DNA of 64,000 bases from Gammaproteobacteria bacterium. GTDB taxonomy: Bacteria > Pseudomonadota > Gammaproteobacteria > Eutrophobiales > Eutrophobiaceae. Positions 16,827 through 26,918 of the stretch are shown piece after piece. Within the stretch, counting starts at the first letter, position 1; each line of letters opens with the position of its first letter. Below the pieces are notes generated by a model. That model saw only the letters and a program-made list of their open reading frames with translations. It was not told where the DNA came from and did no database searches. The position numbers were made by a program, and so were the translations under genes. The DNA lies in the NCBI GenBank assembly GCA_965116495.1, contig OZ220696.1:896001-960000 (forward strand), in the 5' to 3' direction.

Positions 16827-19800
16827 GTGCTACGAGAGGGTAGGGCGCGGTGTTCAATTTTGAAGATCATTTCGGCAAGAAAAACTAATGAGTGGCGCGC
16901 CGGCGTGTTTTGCTTGTTGGCGTTGCTGCTTGCGGGTGGTTGGTCAACCGCGGTCCAGGCCCAGAACAGTGCATACCTGACGCTTGACCTGGTTCAGATA
17001 CGGGCCAATGCGCTGCACGGCGCCACGATCAAAATCACTCCGAAAAACGCCACTTTCCTCGGTGCCGGCGGGGGCGCCGGCTTCGATCTCGAGGACTTTG
17101 TGCATTCGGATGATTGGGATTCCGAAAGCGGCCAGCTCACCGCTGCCGCCATAGCCGGCGAAATCAGGCTGAACGCCACGGGTCTTTCCAGAATCACATT
17201 GCAGGGCGCGCCTGCGGGGCTGAGCATCGCGCGCGCGAAGCTGCTGGCGCGCGAGCAACCCCACTCGCACGGCAGGGCCAGCAAAGGCCATCGCTCCGCG
17301 CAGATCACCCTGGCCTACACCGGCTCCGGCATCAATGCCGACGTTGCGGTCACGGTGGCTGTGCAGGGCGGCGCCGATGGCCTGCTTTCGTATGGCAATC
17401 AACACGCGGGCTACCCGGGCGCATCCTGCTGCACTGCCGGCTTCACCATCAGGACCGGGACCCTCACCGACGGCGTCAGCGTGAATCCGGCCTCCCTGGC
17501 CGTCACCGAACGCGGTGGCGCCAGCGCCGAGGCCGGCTACAAGGTGGGGCTGCTGACGGACCCGGGCGCCGATGTCACCATCACGGCCACGGTGCCGGCG
17601 GCCAATACCTCCGATGTTGAGGTCAAGGCGGGCAGCGGCTCATTCGGCAGCGCCGCGACCCTGACCTTCACCCACGGGAGCGGCGGCAACTGGACCCAGG
17701 CGCAAACGGTGACGGTGCGGGCGAAGAACGACAGCGACACCGCCGACGAATCGTTCAACATCACTCATTCGCTGAGCGTGGCGAGCGGGCCCTACCGAAC
17801 CATAACGCCGGCCTCGGTCGCGCTGGCCGTCACCGATGCCGGCGCCGGCGTACCGCTGTCCTTCAGCGCCGCGGCTTACCGCGCGAACGAGCCTGCGTCC
17901 ACCACCAACGCGGCGCTGGGCCTCACGCTGTCGAGCACGCGCCCCTCGGCCACGACGGTGACCGTCGAGAGGACGGGCGGCAGCGCCACGGCGGACGACG
18001 ACTATACGGCCGGCCCCTGGACCGCGACCATCGCCGCGAACACCATCACCGGCACGGTCAACATTCCCATCCGTCACGACACGACGGACGAGCCCAACGA
18101 GACCGTCGAGCTCAGCATCCGGGCGAGCAGCCTGCCGACAGGGGTGGTACCGGGCAGCCAGGGAACGGCGACGCTCACAATCACCGACAACGACGCAACC
18201 AGCGTGACGCTGGCGGGTTCCGGCACGGTGAAGGAGGACGGCAGCGATGCGGCGGACGTGGCGGTCACGCTGGGCCGCAAGCTGGCGGGCGGCGAGTCGG
18301 TGACCGCACCGCTGGTCATCGCGGGCACCGGCATCACCCGCAAGGACTACGATATCGGATTGAAAACCGGCGGCAACTACAACCGGGGGGTGTCGCTCAA
18401 TAGCGCCAGCCCCTACAGCCGCTGGAGCCCCGCGGTGGTGTTCACAGGCTCCGACGTGAATACGGTGCGGGTGGCGACGCTTGCAGTGACCGGGAAGGAG
18501 GACACCCGCGACGAGGGCGCTTCGGAGACGCTGACCGTAAACTTCGGCAGCGGCGACCAGGCGGTCAGCAGCAACCTCGACCGCCCCTCGGGTACCGGCG
18601 CCGCCGGCACCACCGCCTCGGGCTCGGCGAGCGTGGCGATCACCGACAACGACCAACCGCCGTCCCTTGTGGTCAGCCCGCGCATCATCAGCGCCCGCAA
18701 CCTTCAAGACGGCGGCACGGCCACGCTCACGCTGACACCGAAGAATTCGACCTTTTTCGGCGCGGGCGGCGGTGGCGGCCACAGTGGCAGCAATCCATCC
18801 GCACCCTATGTGTTTTTCGACGACCGCAACGACCGGGGCGAAATCCCCAACACCGAGGTTCGCCTCAGCGCGACCGGCTTGTCGAAAATCAGCTTGTCGG
18901 GCACGTCGGCACCTCTGACCATCAGCGCCGGCCGGCTGCTCCCGATCCAGTACGACGTGCACGGCGCGGAACAGCACCGGTCCGTGGAGATCGACCTGAG
19001 CTACGCCGGCCCGCCGATCACAGCGGACGACCAGGTGACAGTCACGGTGGACAGCGACCTGCTGCGATTCGGAGATCAGAGCGGCGGCAGCCCCGCCAGC
19101 CAGTCCGCCCGTTTCACGATCAAGCCACTCGACCCCAATGCCGGTCTGACTATCAGGGAAACCGGCAGCCCCGCCGAGACCGTCGTTGGCGAAAACGGCG
19201 GAGCGGACCGCTACGACGTGGTGCTGAGGACCCGACCGACGCATCCTGTCACCGTGACGGTAACGGCGGGCGCCGGAACGCTGGTGGATGGGCCCGACGC
19301 GGGCAACGCGGGCGCGTCTACCGAAACCCTCACATTCAACCCCACCGGGAGCGCTCTCTGGAGCACGCCACAGACCATCACCGTGACCGGCGTCGATGAC
19401 GACATCGACAACGCCGGCAACGCCCGCACCGTGATGATCGATCACGCGGCCAGCTCGAACGACCACAACTACGCCGTCAACGACGCCGGCAGCCTGAGCG
19501 TGAAGGTGACTGACGATGACCGCGCCGGGGTGACTGTCTCTCACGCCGCGCACACGCTGGCCGAGAACGGCGGCGTCGCCACCTACACCCTGAAGCTCGA
19601 CTCGCAGCCGCTCAAGGCGGTGACGATCACTGTGGACGCCGGCGACGGCAGCGTCGTGAAGGTGGATGGACCGGACAGCGCGACCGACTTCACCAACGCG
19701 GAAGCCCTCACCTTTACGCCCTCGAACTGGAATTCGGCGCAACAAATCAGCATCGAGGGCCAGAACGACAATGCCGTGACCTACCTGCCGCGCAGGGCGA

Positions 19801-22800
19801 CGATCGCGCATTCGATCGCCTCGCTGGCACTCGGCGATGGACGCCGCTACCTCCCGGACATGGCCATTGCCGGCGTGGACGTGAGCGTGTCCGACGATGA
19901 CAAGCCGGTCCTGACGCTCACGGAGAAGAACGGGAACACGGAAATCCGCGAGGGCGGCAGCGCCACCTTCACCGTGACCTCGAGCGACCCCGCGCCGAGC
20001 GGCGGCTTGCCGGTCACGCTGCCGACGCTGAGCTTCTCCGACGGCTACAGCGGCAGCCTGTCGCCCGCCACGATCACCATTCCGGCTAATGCCACGACCG
20101 TGGATTTCAACGTCGATATCGACGACCGCGCCGACGAGCCGGACGGGACGTTTACCGTGTCCCTGAACACCGGGACGCACTACGAGCTCGGCGCCGCTTC
20201 CTCGCTGGAGCTGGCGGTCACGGACAACGATCCCACGTCCGTGACCCTGGCGGGCAGTCCGGCCGGCTACCTGGTCGAGGGCGGCGCCAAGACCCTCACG
20301 CTCACCCTGGGCCGGGGCCTGGTCAAGGGCGAGACCCTGACGGCGCCGCTCACTTTCGCGGGCACGGCGGCGCGCAACACCGACTACAGGCTCACCACAA
20401 CTGCGGCGAGGGGCGTGGCCTACAACAACCTCGGCAGCGGCAGCGCGAGCGTGGTGTTCACCGGCCCGGCCACGGGAACCACCGCGACCGTGGCCACCAT
20501 CAACTTCACCGCCACCTCGGACAGCGTAGTCGGGAGCACCACGGAAACGGTGGGCATCGGGCTGGGCACAGCCACGAATACGGGTTCGGGCGGCGGCGTG
20601 ACCGCAACCGACAACCTTCCCGGCTTTCACATCGTGGACTCCGTAGCGCCCTCCGAGCCGATTGTGACGCTGTCGCAGCCCGACACGACGACGCTGAAGG
20701 AGGGTGGGGACGCGGTGGAGTTCGACCTGCTCGTGAGCCCGCCTTACTTCCAGCAACCGTTCTCGCTGGTAACGCTTGAACTTTCAGGCAAGGCGGCCAG
20801 TGGCCAGGACTATCGCCTGGAAGCTGTGAGCGGGGGATCGGTCAGTTCGTGGGCCTTTTTCGTGAACCAGGGCGTGTCTTCGATGCGGCTGCGGCTGGTG
20901 CCGCTGGCGGACGACCGGGATGAGCCGAGCGAGTCCATCGTGATTTCGGTGCCGGATCAACTGCAGGTGTACCGCGATGCGGGCAACGCCGCCTACACGG
21001 TGAGCGCGCCGCGATCGGTGAAATTCACGCTGACGAGCGCCACCGCACCCCCGCCACCACCCCCGCCGGTCGAAACTCCCGGGGTGACGGTCTCGACCGC
21101 ATCGCTCGATCTTGCCGAGGGCGGTTCGACCGGCAGCTACACGGTAGTGCTCGACAGCAAGCCGACCGCGAACGTGACGGTTACCGCCGCCAGCGGCGAC
21201 GCGGCCACGGTTCGGGTGCAGGCCCCGGGCGGCAATCCGGGCGCCAGCGCCACCCTCACCTTCACGCCAACGACCTGGGACCAGACGCAGGCCGTGACGG
21301 TGACGCCGCAAGACGATGCAAACGCCGACGACGAGACCGTGACGATCGCGCACGCGGTGAGCAACACCGGCGGCTACGGCGGGGTGACCGCAGACTCCGT
21401 CACCGTCACGGTGGACGATGACGAGACGCCGGTGGCGCCAACCCCTTCAGTGTCCATTGCGCCCACCTCGGCCAACGCCGTCACCGAAGGCGCCGCCGCC
21501 ACCTTCACGCTCACCGCCAGCCCGGCGCCGCAAAGCACGATCACGGTGGACGTCAACGTGGTGGACAGCGGCAGCTTTGCCGATAGCGGTCAGGCCGGGT
21601 CGCGCCAGGTCACCATTGGCACGGGTGGCAGCGGTACGCTCACCGTCACCACCGACAACGACAGCGCCGACGAGCCCAACGGCACACTCACCGCGACCGT
21701 CAACAGCGGCACGGGCTACACGCCGTCCAATACCAACGCGTCAGCGTCGATTTCGGTCAATGACAACGACGATCCTCCGCCGGCGACGCCGGTGGTGAGC
21801 ATCAGTGGCGGCGGCGCGATTACCGAAGGCGGCACGGCCACCTTCAACCTGAGTGCCAGTCCGGCGCCACAAAGCACGATCACGGTGGACGTCAACGTGG
21901 TCGACAGCGGCAGCTTCGCCGGTAGCGGACAGGCCGGGTCGCGCCAGGTCACCATAGGCACGGGTGGCAGCGGCACGCTCACGGTCACCACCGACAACGA
22001 CAGCACCGACGAGCCCAACGGCACGCTCACTGCCAACGTCACCAACGGCACGGGCTATGCGCCATCCAGCAGCAACGCATCGGCATCGATTTCGGTCAAT
22101 GACAATGACGATGCCATCATCCCGAGCGCCTGCGTGTCGGACACACTTCTGCAACAGGTTGAGGACTATTACGATCACAATAGCAGTAATTCGCCCGGCT
22201 ACGGGCATAACTGGTTCCGCGTACTCGTTGCGTTTGGTGCGCGCAGTCCTTCCGACTGGACAGCGGACAACCGCGTTATCGAGCCGATGACCGCTGCGTC
22301 CGCACGCGTGCGGGAGGCGAGTTGGTTTGGCTGGGGACCGGTTGCGGACGCGCTGGAATGTCTGGAAGCGGTTAACCCCGCCCCCGATCCCGAGATCGCC
22401 ATCGCCGGTGGCAGCGCGGTCACCGAGGGCGGCAGCGCCACCTTCACGTTCACTGCGACCCCGGCGCCGCAGAGCACGATCACGGTGAACGTCAACGTGG
22501 TGGACAGCGGAGACTTTGCCAATAGCGGCCAGGCGGGTTCCAGGACCGTCACCATCGGCGCCGGTGGCAGCGGCACGCTCACCATCACCACCGATGACGA
22601 CAGCACCGACGAGCCCGATGGCACACTCACCGCGACTATTGCCAGTGGTCAAGGCTATACGCCGTCCAATACCAATGCTTCAGCGTCAATCGCGGTCAGC
22701 GACAACGACGATCCGCCCCCGCCCGTAGTCAGCATCGCCGGTGGCAGCGCTATTACCGAGGGCGGCACCGCCACCTACACACTCACCGCGACCCCGGCGC

Positions 22801-25800
22801 CCGCGAGCTCAATTACCGTGAACCTTAACGTCGTGGACAGCGGCAATTTCGCGGACAGCGGCCAGGCAGGCGCCCGTACGGCCACCATCGGCACGGGCGG
22901 CAGCGGTACGCTCACCGTCACCACCGATAACGACAGCACCGACGAGCTTGACGGCACGCTCACCGCGACTATTGCCAACGGCCAGGGCTATACGCCGTCC
23001 AACACCAACGCTTCGGCATCGATCTCAGTCAATGACAACGACGACGCCATCATTCCGAGCGCCTGCGTGTCGGACACACTTCTGCAGCAGGTTGAGGACT
23101 ATTACGATCACAATAGCGGTAATTCGCCCGGCTACGGGGAGAACTGGTTCCGCGTGCTGGTGGCGTTTGGCGCGCGCAGTCCCTCCGACTGGACAGCGGA
23201 CAACCGCGTTATCGAGCCGATGACCGCTGCGTCCGCACGCGTGCGGGAGGCGAGTTGGTTTGGCTGGGGGCCGGTTGCGGACGCGCTGGAATGCATCGAA
23301 GGGGCCGGCCCCGACCCTGATCCCAATCCTGTAATCACCATCGCCGGCGGCAGCGCCATTACCGAGGGCGGCAGCGCCACCTTCACGTTTACTGCGACCC
23401 CGGCGCCGCAGAGCACGATCACGGTGAACGTCAGCGTGGTGGACAGCGGCAGCTTCGCCCGCAGCGGCCAGGCGGGATCGCGCCAGGTGACCATCGGCAC
23501 AGGCGGCAGCGGCACACTCACCGTCAGCACGGCCAACGACAGCACCGACGAACCCAACGGCTCGCTCACTGCAACCGTCACCAGCGGTACGGGCTACACG
23601 CCGTCCAACACCAACGCGTCAGCATCCATTTCGGTCACAGACAACGACGATCCTCCGCCGGCGACGCCGGTGGTGAGCATCAGCGGTGGCAGCGCCGTTA
23701 CCGAAGGCGGCACGGCCACCTTCAGCCTGAGTGCGAGTCCGGCGCCGCAAGGCGAGATCACGGTGAACGTCAACGTGGTAGACAGCGACAGCTTCGCCGG
23801 TAGCGGCCAGACCGGATCGCGCCAGGTGACCATCGGCACCAACGGCAACGGCACGCTCACCGTCACCACCGATGACGACAGCACCGACGAACCCAACGGC
23901 AGTATCAGCGCCACGGTGACGAGCGGCACGGGCTACAGCGTGCACAGCCGGAACAATTCGGATTCGGTGGCGGTCAACGACAACGACCTGCCGCCGCCCA
24001 CGCCCGCCGTCAGCATTTCCGGCGGCAGCGCCATCACCGAGGGCGGTTCGGCCACCTTCACGCTCACCGCTTCGCCCCCGCCGCAAGGCAGTATCAGCGT
24101 GAACGTCAGAGTGACCCAGAGCGGCAACTTCGCCCGCAGCGGCCAGACCGGGTCGCGGCGCATCACCATCGGCGGGAGCGGTACCGCGACCTTCAACGTC
24201 ACCACCACCAACGACAGCGACGACGAGCCCGACGGCAGTATCAGCGCGGCAGTGATCGGCGGTACTGGCTACAGCGTGCACAGCCAGAACAATTCGGATT
24301 CGGTGACGGTCAACGACGACGACGTGGTGGTGCCCGTCATTCGTGTGACCTCGGCGCAATCCTCGCGCACCACCGACTATGAGGGCGCCACACTCAAATT
24401 CACACTGCACGCCGACGTTGCCCCCAGTGTGGATCTGGAGGTAACCGTTAACGTCGCCGAGCCGGGCAACGCCTTCGTCAACAGCGCCGACGTCGGTACC
24501 CGCCAAGTCACGATTCCGGCGCGCCAGAAGCAAGCCACGCTGAACGTGCGCACGAATGACGACAGCGTTGTGGAAGATTCCTCAAGCGCCAGGGTGACCG
24601 TGACCGTGACCGTGCAGGCCGGCACCGGCTACACCGTGGCGTCGGCGCCCCGGCACCAGGCCGAGGCCACCGTACACGACAACGACGGCCTGCCGACGCT
24701 ATCCATCGGCGACAGTGAGGCGGCAGAGGGCAGTGAGGTCTATTTTGAGGTCACGCTGTCAAAACCGGTGGCGCACAAGGTGCGGTTCAGCTACTACACC
24801 GAGTCGGGGGACTACCAGGGCCGCCACTACGGCAGTGCCTTGAGCTCGACGGATTATCCCTACACCAGCAATAACGGCAGCATCCACCCTGGCGGCACCC
24901 GGTTCGAGATTTGGATACCGACCTTCGATGACTCCCATGACGAGGGCAACGAGACCTTCACGGTCATCCTGCGCAACCCCGAGGGAGCGACCCTTGAGGA
25001 CGGCGAGGGGACGGGCACCATCAAGAACTCCGACCCACTGCCCACCGCCTTCCTGGGCCGCTTCGGACGCGGTCTGGCCGAGCAGGCTGTGGGCGGCATC
25101 ACCGGCCGCTTCAAGGCGACCCGCACCCCGGGCTTCCACGGCCAGTTCCTCGGCCGCGCCCCGTCCGGGGGCGAGAACAGGGAGGCCGACAACGCCGAGC
25201 GTGCACTGGCCCTGTCCCAGGACCGCGCCCCGGCCTTTGCCGGGAACGGCATGGACGGGGCCACAGGCATGGCCGGTAGTGACCTGGGTGGTGTGGGCAT
25301 GGGTGATAGGGGTATGCCTGGTGCGGGTGCTGTATCTTCATCCGGCGCCCTCAGCGGCCATCCTCCCCCGTCCGCGCCTACCCGCACCCTGACCCTGGCT
25401 GAAGCCCTGGCCGGCTCGGCCTTCACCTACACACGCGAGGCCGACGAGGCCGGCGGCAGCTTCGGCCTCTGGGGCCGCGGCATGCATTCCACCTTCAACG
25501 GCTCGGAAGGTACGCTGAACGTAGAAGGTAAACTCACCACGGGACTCATCGGCGCCGACTACGCCCGTCACGACTGGCAGGCCGGCCTGGCCGTGCTCCT
25601 GACCGGGGGCAAGGGCCGCTTCAGGGGTGAGACCGGCCACGGCAAGCTGGACACGTCCATGACCGCCTTTGTGCCCTACGCCGCCAAACAGGCCGGCCGC
25701 CTGTCCCTGTGGGGCGCCGCCGGGGTGGGGCTCGGAGAGATGACCCTCTCTGAGACCCTGTCCGAGACCCACAGCACGGCGTCCCTGAGCACGGACATGG

Positions 25801-26573
25801 GCTGGCAGATGGCCGCCGGTGGGGTACGCAGTGACTTAGGAATATTCTTCGGTGAGACCGGCCCCGAGCTTGCCCTGGTGGGCGATGCCCAGTGGACCCG
25901 GACCACCTCGGAGCAGACCCGGGGGTTGAGTGCCTCTGAAGCCCAGACCACGCGCCTGCGGGTGGGGGTCGAGGGGGGCTGGTCGCTGGCCTTTGCCGAG
26001 CAGTCCCTGCGTCCGACGCTGGAGGCCGGGGTGCGCTACGATGCCGGGGATGCCGAGACCGGGTTGGGTGTGGACGTGGGCGCAGGACTTAGTTGGGCAC
26101 ACACCCGCTGGGGCCTGGCCGTGGATATTGAGGGCCGGACCCTGGTCCTGCATGAGGCTGAACGCTTCAGCCACAGCGGGTTCGCCGCCTCACTCACCTT
26201 TGACCCGGACCTGACCTCCCTGCTGGGGCCGTCCCTGACCTTGACCCACCGCCTGGGCGGGCCGTCTAACGGGGGTGTGGATGCCTTGTTTGGGGAGAGC
26301 TTGCCGGGCAGTGGAGACAACGGCAACACCGGCGGGCGGTGGCAGGCGGAGGCGGCCTATGGGATGGCCCTGTTCCAGGGCCGCTTCATCGGCGCCCCAA
26401 CGTTAGGGTATGCCTTGTCCGGCCAGGGCAATGACTACCGCCTGGGCTGGCGGCTGACTCCGGCGGGGGTGGGCTCTTTGCCTGTCAGTGCTGAGGTGGG
26501 GGCGATGCGCAGGGAGATGGTTGGGGCGGAGGTTGACCATGGTGTGACCTTTAACTTGAGGTCGCAGTGGTAG
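16827..26573 (+). CDS. Giant Calx-beta/Ig-repeat adhesin with C-terminal autotransporter-like beta-barrel (3248 aa; start may be TTG at 16860)
   Basis: Signal peptide ending STAVQA/Q; many V.I.GG...TEGG.ATFT...DD..DEP.G...DND units; C-terminal GLWGRG...GADY...LRPTLEAGVRYDAGDAETGLG...terminal W. Confidence 0.9.
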   Translation: MLREGRARCSILKIISARKTNEWRAGVFCLLALLLAGGWSTAVQAQNSAYLTLDLVQIRANALHGATIKITPKNATFLGAGGGAGFDLEDFVHSDDWDSESGQLTAAAIAGEIRLNATGLSRITLQGAPAGLSIARAKLLAREQPHSHGRASKGHRSAQITLAYTGSGINADVAVTVAVQGGADGLLSYGNQHAGYPGASCCTAGFTIRTGTLTDGVSVNPASLAVTERGGASAEAGYKVGLLTDPGADVTITATVPAANTSDVEVKAGSGSFGSAATLTFTHGSGGNWTQAQTVTVRAKNDSDTADESFNITHSLSVASGPYRTITPASVALAVTDAGAGVPLSFSAAAYRANEPASTTNAALGLTLSSTRPSATTVTVERTGGSATADDDYTAGPWTATIAANTITGTVNIPIRHDTTDEPNETVELSIRASSLPTGVVPGSQGTATLTITDNDATSVTLAGSGTVKEDGSDAADVAVTLGRKLAGGESVTAPLVIAGTGITRKDYDIGLKTGGNYNRGVSLNSASPYSRWSPAVVFTGSDVNTVRVATLAVTGKEDTRDEGASETLTVNFGSGDQAVSSNLDRPSGTGAAGTTASGSASVAITDNDQPPSLVVSPRIISARNLQDGGTATLTLTPKNSTFFGAGGGGGHSGSNPSAPYVFFDDRNDRGEIPNTEVRLSATGLSKISLSGTSAPLTISAGRLLPIQYDVHGAEQHRSVEIDLSYAGPPITADDQVTVTVDSDLLRFGDQSGGSPASQSARFTIKPLDPNAGLTIRETGSPAETVVGENGGADRYDVVLRTRPTHPVTVTVTAGAGTLVDGPDAGNAGASTETLTFNPTGSALWSTPQTITVTGVDDDIDNAGNARTVMIDHAASSNDHNYAVNDAGSLSVKVTDDDRAGVTVSHAAHTLAENGGVATYTLKLDSQPLKAVTITVDAGDGSVVKVDGPDSATDFTNAEALTFTPSNWNSAQQISIEGQNDNAVTYLPRRATIAHSIASLALGDGRRYLPDMAIAGVDVSVSDDDKPVLTLTEKNGNTEIREGGSATFTVTSSDPAPSGGLPVTLPTLSFSDGYSGSLSPATITIPANATTVDFNVDIDDRADEPDGTFTVSLNTGTHYELGAASSLELAVTDNDPTSVTLAGSPAGYLVEGGAKTLTLTLGRGLVKGETLTAPLTFAGTAARNTDYRLTTTAARGVAYNNLGSGSASVVFTGPATGTTATVATINFTATSDSVVGSTTETVGIGLGTATNTGSGGGVTATDNLPGFHIVDSVAPSEPIVTLSQPDTTTLKEGGDAVEFDLLVSPPYFQQPFSLVTLELSGKAASGQDYRLEAVSGGSVSSWAFFVNQGVSSMRLRLVPLADDRDEPSESIVISVPDQLQVYRDAGNAAYTVSAPRSVKFTLTSATAPPPPPPPVETPGVTVSTASLDLAEGGSTGSYTVVLDSKPTANVTVTAASGDAATVRVQAPGGNPGASATLTFTPTTWDQTQAVTVTPQDDANADDETVTIAHAVSNTGGYGGVTADSVTVTVDDDETPVAPTPSVSIAPTSANAVTEGAAATFTLTASPAPQSTITVDVNVVDSGSFADSGQAGSRQVTIGTGGSGTLTVTTDNDSADEPNGTLTATVNSGTGYTPSNTNASASISVNDNDDPPPATPVVSISGGGAITEGGTATFNLSASPAPQSTITVDVNVVDSGSFAGSGQAGSRQVTIGTGGSGTLTVTTDNDSTDEPNGTLTANVTNGTGYAPSSSNASASISVNDNDDAIIPSACVSDTLLQQVEDYYDHNSSNSPGYGHNWFRVLVAFGARSPSDWTADNRVIEPMTAASARVREASWFGWGPVADALECLEAVNPAPDPEIAIAGGSAVTEGGSATFTFTATPAPQSTITVNVNVVDSGDFANSGQAGSRTVTIGAGGSGTLTITTDDDSTDEPDGTLTATIASGQGYTPSNTNASASIAVSDNDDPPPPVVSIAGGSAITEGGTATYTLTATPAPASSITVNLNVVDSGNFADSGQAGARTATIGTGGSGTLTVTTDNDSTDELDGTLTATIANGQGYTPSNTNASASISVNDNDDAIIPSACVSDTLLQQVEDYYDHNSGNSPGYGENWFRVLVAFGARSPSDWTADNRVIEPMTAASARVREASWFGWGPVADALECIEGAGPDPDPNPVITIAGGSAITEGGSATFTFTATPAPQSTITVNVSVVDSGSFARSGQAGSRQVTIGTGGSGTLTVSTANDSTDEPNGSLTATVTSGTGYTPSNTNASASISVTDNDDPPPATPVVSISGGSAVTEGGTATFSLSASPAPQGEITVNVNVVDSDSFAGSGQTGSRQVTIGTNGNGTLTVTTDDDSTDEPNGSISATVTSGTGYSVHSRNNSDSVAVNDNDLPPPTPAVSISGGSAITEGGSATFTLTASPPPQGSISVNVRVTQSGNFARSGQTGSRRITIGGSGTATFNVTTTNDSDDEPDGSISAAVIGGTGYSVHSQNNSDSVTVNDDDVVVPVIRVTSAQSSRTTDYEGATLKFTLHADVAPSVDLEVTVNVAEPGNAFVNSADVGTRQVTIPARQKQATLNVRTNDDSVVEDSSSARVTVTVTVQAGTGYTVASAPRHQAEATVHDNDGLPTLSIGDSEAAEGSEVYFEVTLSKPVAHKVRFSYYTESGDYQGRHYGSALSSTDYPYTSNNGSIHPGGTRFEIWIPTFDDSHDEGNETFTVILRNPEGATLEDGEGTGTIKNSDPLPTAFLGRFGRGLAEQAVGGITGRFKATRTPGFHGQFLGRAPSGGENREADNAERALALSQDRAPAFAGNGMDGATGMAGSDLGGVGMGDRGMPGAGAVSSSGALSGHPPPSAPTRTLTLAEALAGSAFTYTREADEAGGSFGLWGRGMHSTFNGSEGTLNVEGKLTTGLIGADYARHDWQAGLAVLLTGGKGRFRGETGHGKLDTSMTAFVPYAAKQAGRLSLWGAAGVGLGEMTLSETLSETHSTASLSTDMGWQMAAGGVRSDLGIFFGETGPELALVGDAQWTRTTSEQTRGLSASEAQTTRLRVGVEGGWSLAFAEQSLRPTLEAGVRYDAGDAETGLGVDVGAGLSWAHTRWGLAVDIEGRTLVLHEAERFSHSGFAASLTFDPDLTSLLGPSLTLTHRLGGPSNGGVDALFGESLPGSGDNGNTGGRWQAEAAYGMALFQGRFIGAPTLGYALSGQGNDYRLGWRLTPAGVGSLPVSAEVGAMRREMVGAEVDHGVTFNLRSQW

Positions 26574-26631
26574 TGGCAAAGAGTACCCTTAAATATAATT
26601 AACGGAGTAATACTCGAATAAGGAGACTGGA

Positions 26632-26877
26632 ATGAATACCGATACATTGACAACCGCGAAGGAATTGGGAGCGAAGGGCGTGGAACACACTGCCGCTGTG
26701 GCGATAGCCGCGGCAATTCATAATCATACAAAAACTCAATTTGAACATCTCGTCACCAAAACGGATCTGGCTTTAGCCATCCAAACGTTGGAAACCCAAC
26801 TTATTAACAAAATGTATAGCACCGCCGCAGTAGCGGTAGGCGTGCTGGTAGCGCTGGACCGTTTGCTTCCGGGTTGA
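26632..26877 (+). CDS. Small DUF1640/CCDC90-like coiled-coil membrane-anchored protein
   Basis: AGGAG RBS; TDTL..AKEL...G......A.AI; LVTKTDL; C-terminal TM. Confidence 0.65.
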   Translation: MNTDTLTTAKELGAKGVEHTAAVAIAAAIHNHTKTQFEHLVTKTDLALAIQTLETQLINKMYSTAAVAVGVLVALDRLLPG

Positions 26878-26918
26878 GCGGGGCAGAGTCAGCCAATAAA
26901 CCGGCTGATTTAGCCCAA

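Noticed and set aside
16397-16863. ORFs of 71-127 aa here and similar ones at 56290-56687
   Set aside because: They are translations of the 263-bp repeat element; similarity is explained by the DNA repeat, and there are no transposase motifs
17640-20756. 1038-aa ORF on the - strand, and many other long antisense ORFs over the giant genes
   Set aside because: Shadow frames of GC-rich, codon-biased genes; Arg/Gly/Val-rich with no recognisable motifs
21440-24320. Near-identical ~300-bp repeats that might be a CRISPR array or DGR template/variable repeats
   Set aside because: They are in-frame coding domain repeats with no unique spacers; mismatches are not confined to adenines; no cas or reverse transcriptase gene is in the window
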